From NCBI RefSeq assembly GCF_000621645.1, contig NZ_JHXR01000001.1, positions 362,437 to 394,436 on the forward strand: 32,000 nucleotides of DNA, given 5' to 3'. The translations under genes and the position numbers were made by a program. Under the pieces are notes generated by a model, which saw only the letters and a program-made list of their open reading frames with translations, had not been told where the DNA came from and did not search any database. Position 1 is the stretch's first letter. Every line of letters begins with the position of its first letter. This document shows, piece after piece, positions 31,691 to 32,000 of the stretch. This stretch comes from Vibrio cholerae ATCC 14035. GTDB taxonomy: Bacteria > Pseudomonadota > Gammaproteobacteria > Enterobacterales > Vibrionaceae.

Positions 31691-32000
31691 TTAGAGGTGA
31701 TATCATCACCTCATAAGTTAACAGGTGACATTATGACAAAACGTACAAGACGACTATTTAGCGCAGAATTTAAGTTAGAAGCAGCGCAGCTAGTCTTAGA
31801 CCAAAATTACTCAGTGACGGAAGCAGCCCAAGCCATGAATGTGGGCAAGTCCACGATGGATAAATGGGTTCGCCAGCTTAGAGAAGAACGCCAAGGGAAA
31901 ACACCTAAAGCTTCACCTATGACCCCTGAGCAAATAGAAATTCGGGAATTGAAAAAGAAGCTGGCTCGCCTTGAAGAGCATAATGAAATACTAAAAAAAG
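31661..32000 (+). mobile_element. IS3-family (IS911/IS3-group) insertion sequence, left end; continues beyond the window
   Basis: The inferred end starts TGTAGTGGCATAGTGAATTTGG (IS3-family ends begin TG), about 72 nt before the orfA ATG. orfA is strongly IS911-like. The exact boundary is inferred, not demonstrated. Confidence 0.8.
31733..32000 (+). CDS. IS3-family transposase OrfA (partial, runs off the window)
   Basis: Own translation: [89 protein letters not shown]. This is near-canonical IS911/IS3 OrfA, with an HTH followed by a leucine zipper. Confidence 0.95.
   Translation, partial: MTKRTRRLFSAEFKLEAAQLVLDQNYSVTEAAQAMNVGKSTMDKWVRQLREERQGKTPKASPMTPEQIEIRELKKKLARLEEHNEILKK

Larger units (their letters stand above)
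17093..32000. mobile_element. Accessory genomic island (distal part; resembles the Mu-like end of V. cholerae VPI-2), continuing beyond the window
   Basis: Sharp switch from conserved metabolic genes to AT-rich orphan, mobile and phage genes. AlpA-type RDF gene at the edge. Contains a nested Mu-like prophage and an IS3-family element. The VPI-2 assignment is from memory of the gene order. Confidence 0.7.

Noticed and set aside
1-32000. Search for CRISPR arrays, tRNA/rRNA genes, integron attC/VCR repeats, retron-like or toxin-antitoxin pairs
   Set aside because: I saw no regularly spaced direct repeats and no full tRNA cloverleaf (only the short tRNA-3'-end-like remnant at 17100). There is no reverse transcriptase or integron integrase, and no obvious small two-gene TA cassette.

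Overview
All family assignments come from reading motifs in the translations; no database search was run.

The window has two parts.

(1) 1-17.09 kb looks like core Vibrio-type chromosome:
- manA (partial).
- A cluster of three fructose/mannose-family PTS permeases with shuffled domain orders, plus an orphan EIIB and an HPr-like/EIIA fusion.
- An AraC-family regulator.
- An AcoD/AldB-like aldehyde dehydrogenase next to a divergent sigma-54 AcoR-like activator.
- A VF530/DUF2132 gene, an SDR-cryptochrome DASH operon, a DCC (DUF393) thiol oxidoreductase gene, an NYN/LabA-like gene and a small basic ORF.

(2) At about 17.1 kb the sequence becomes visibly AT-rich and an accessory island begins:
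- An AlpA/Vef-type excision factor gene.
- A 281-aa orphan with a ribbon-helix-helix-like tail.
- A yagK/yfjJ-family gene frameshifted in a T7 run.
- A minus-strand operon of two DUF2787-like genes and a P-loop GTPase with a glycine-zipper tail.

From about 21.6 kb there is a decayed Mu-like transposable prophage. It carries c-like and ner-like regulators, a DDE transposase A, an AAA+ B protein, tandem Mor/C-like activators, two tail assembly chaperone paralogues with an apparent -2/+1 frameshift site, and a tape measure gene. The tape measure gene is cut at about 31.66 kb by an IS3-family (IS911-like) element that runs off the window.

From memory, this gene order resembles the V. cholerae O1 El Tor manA (VC1827) to VC1789 region, which includes the distal, Mu-like end of pathogenicity island VPI-2. 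That must be confirmed by BLAST.

I found no rRNA, tRNA or CRISPR array.

The best candidates for an uncharacterised system are the DUF2787-DUF2787-GTPase module and the AT-rich RHH-tailed orphan. Their function cannot be inferred from sequence alone.
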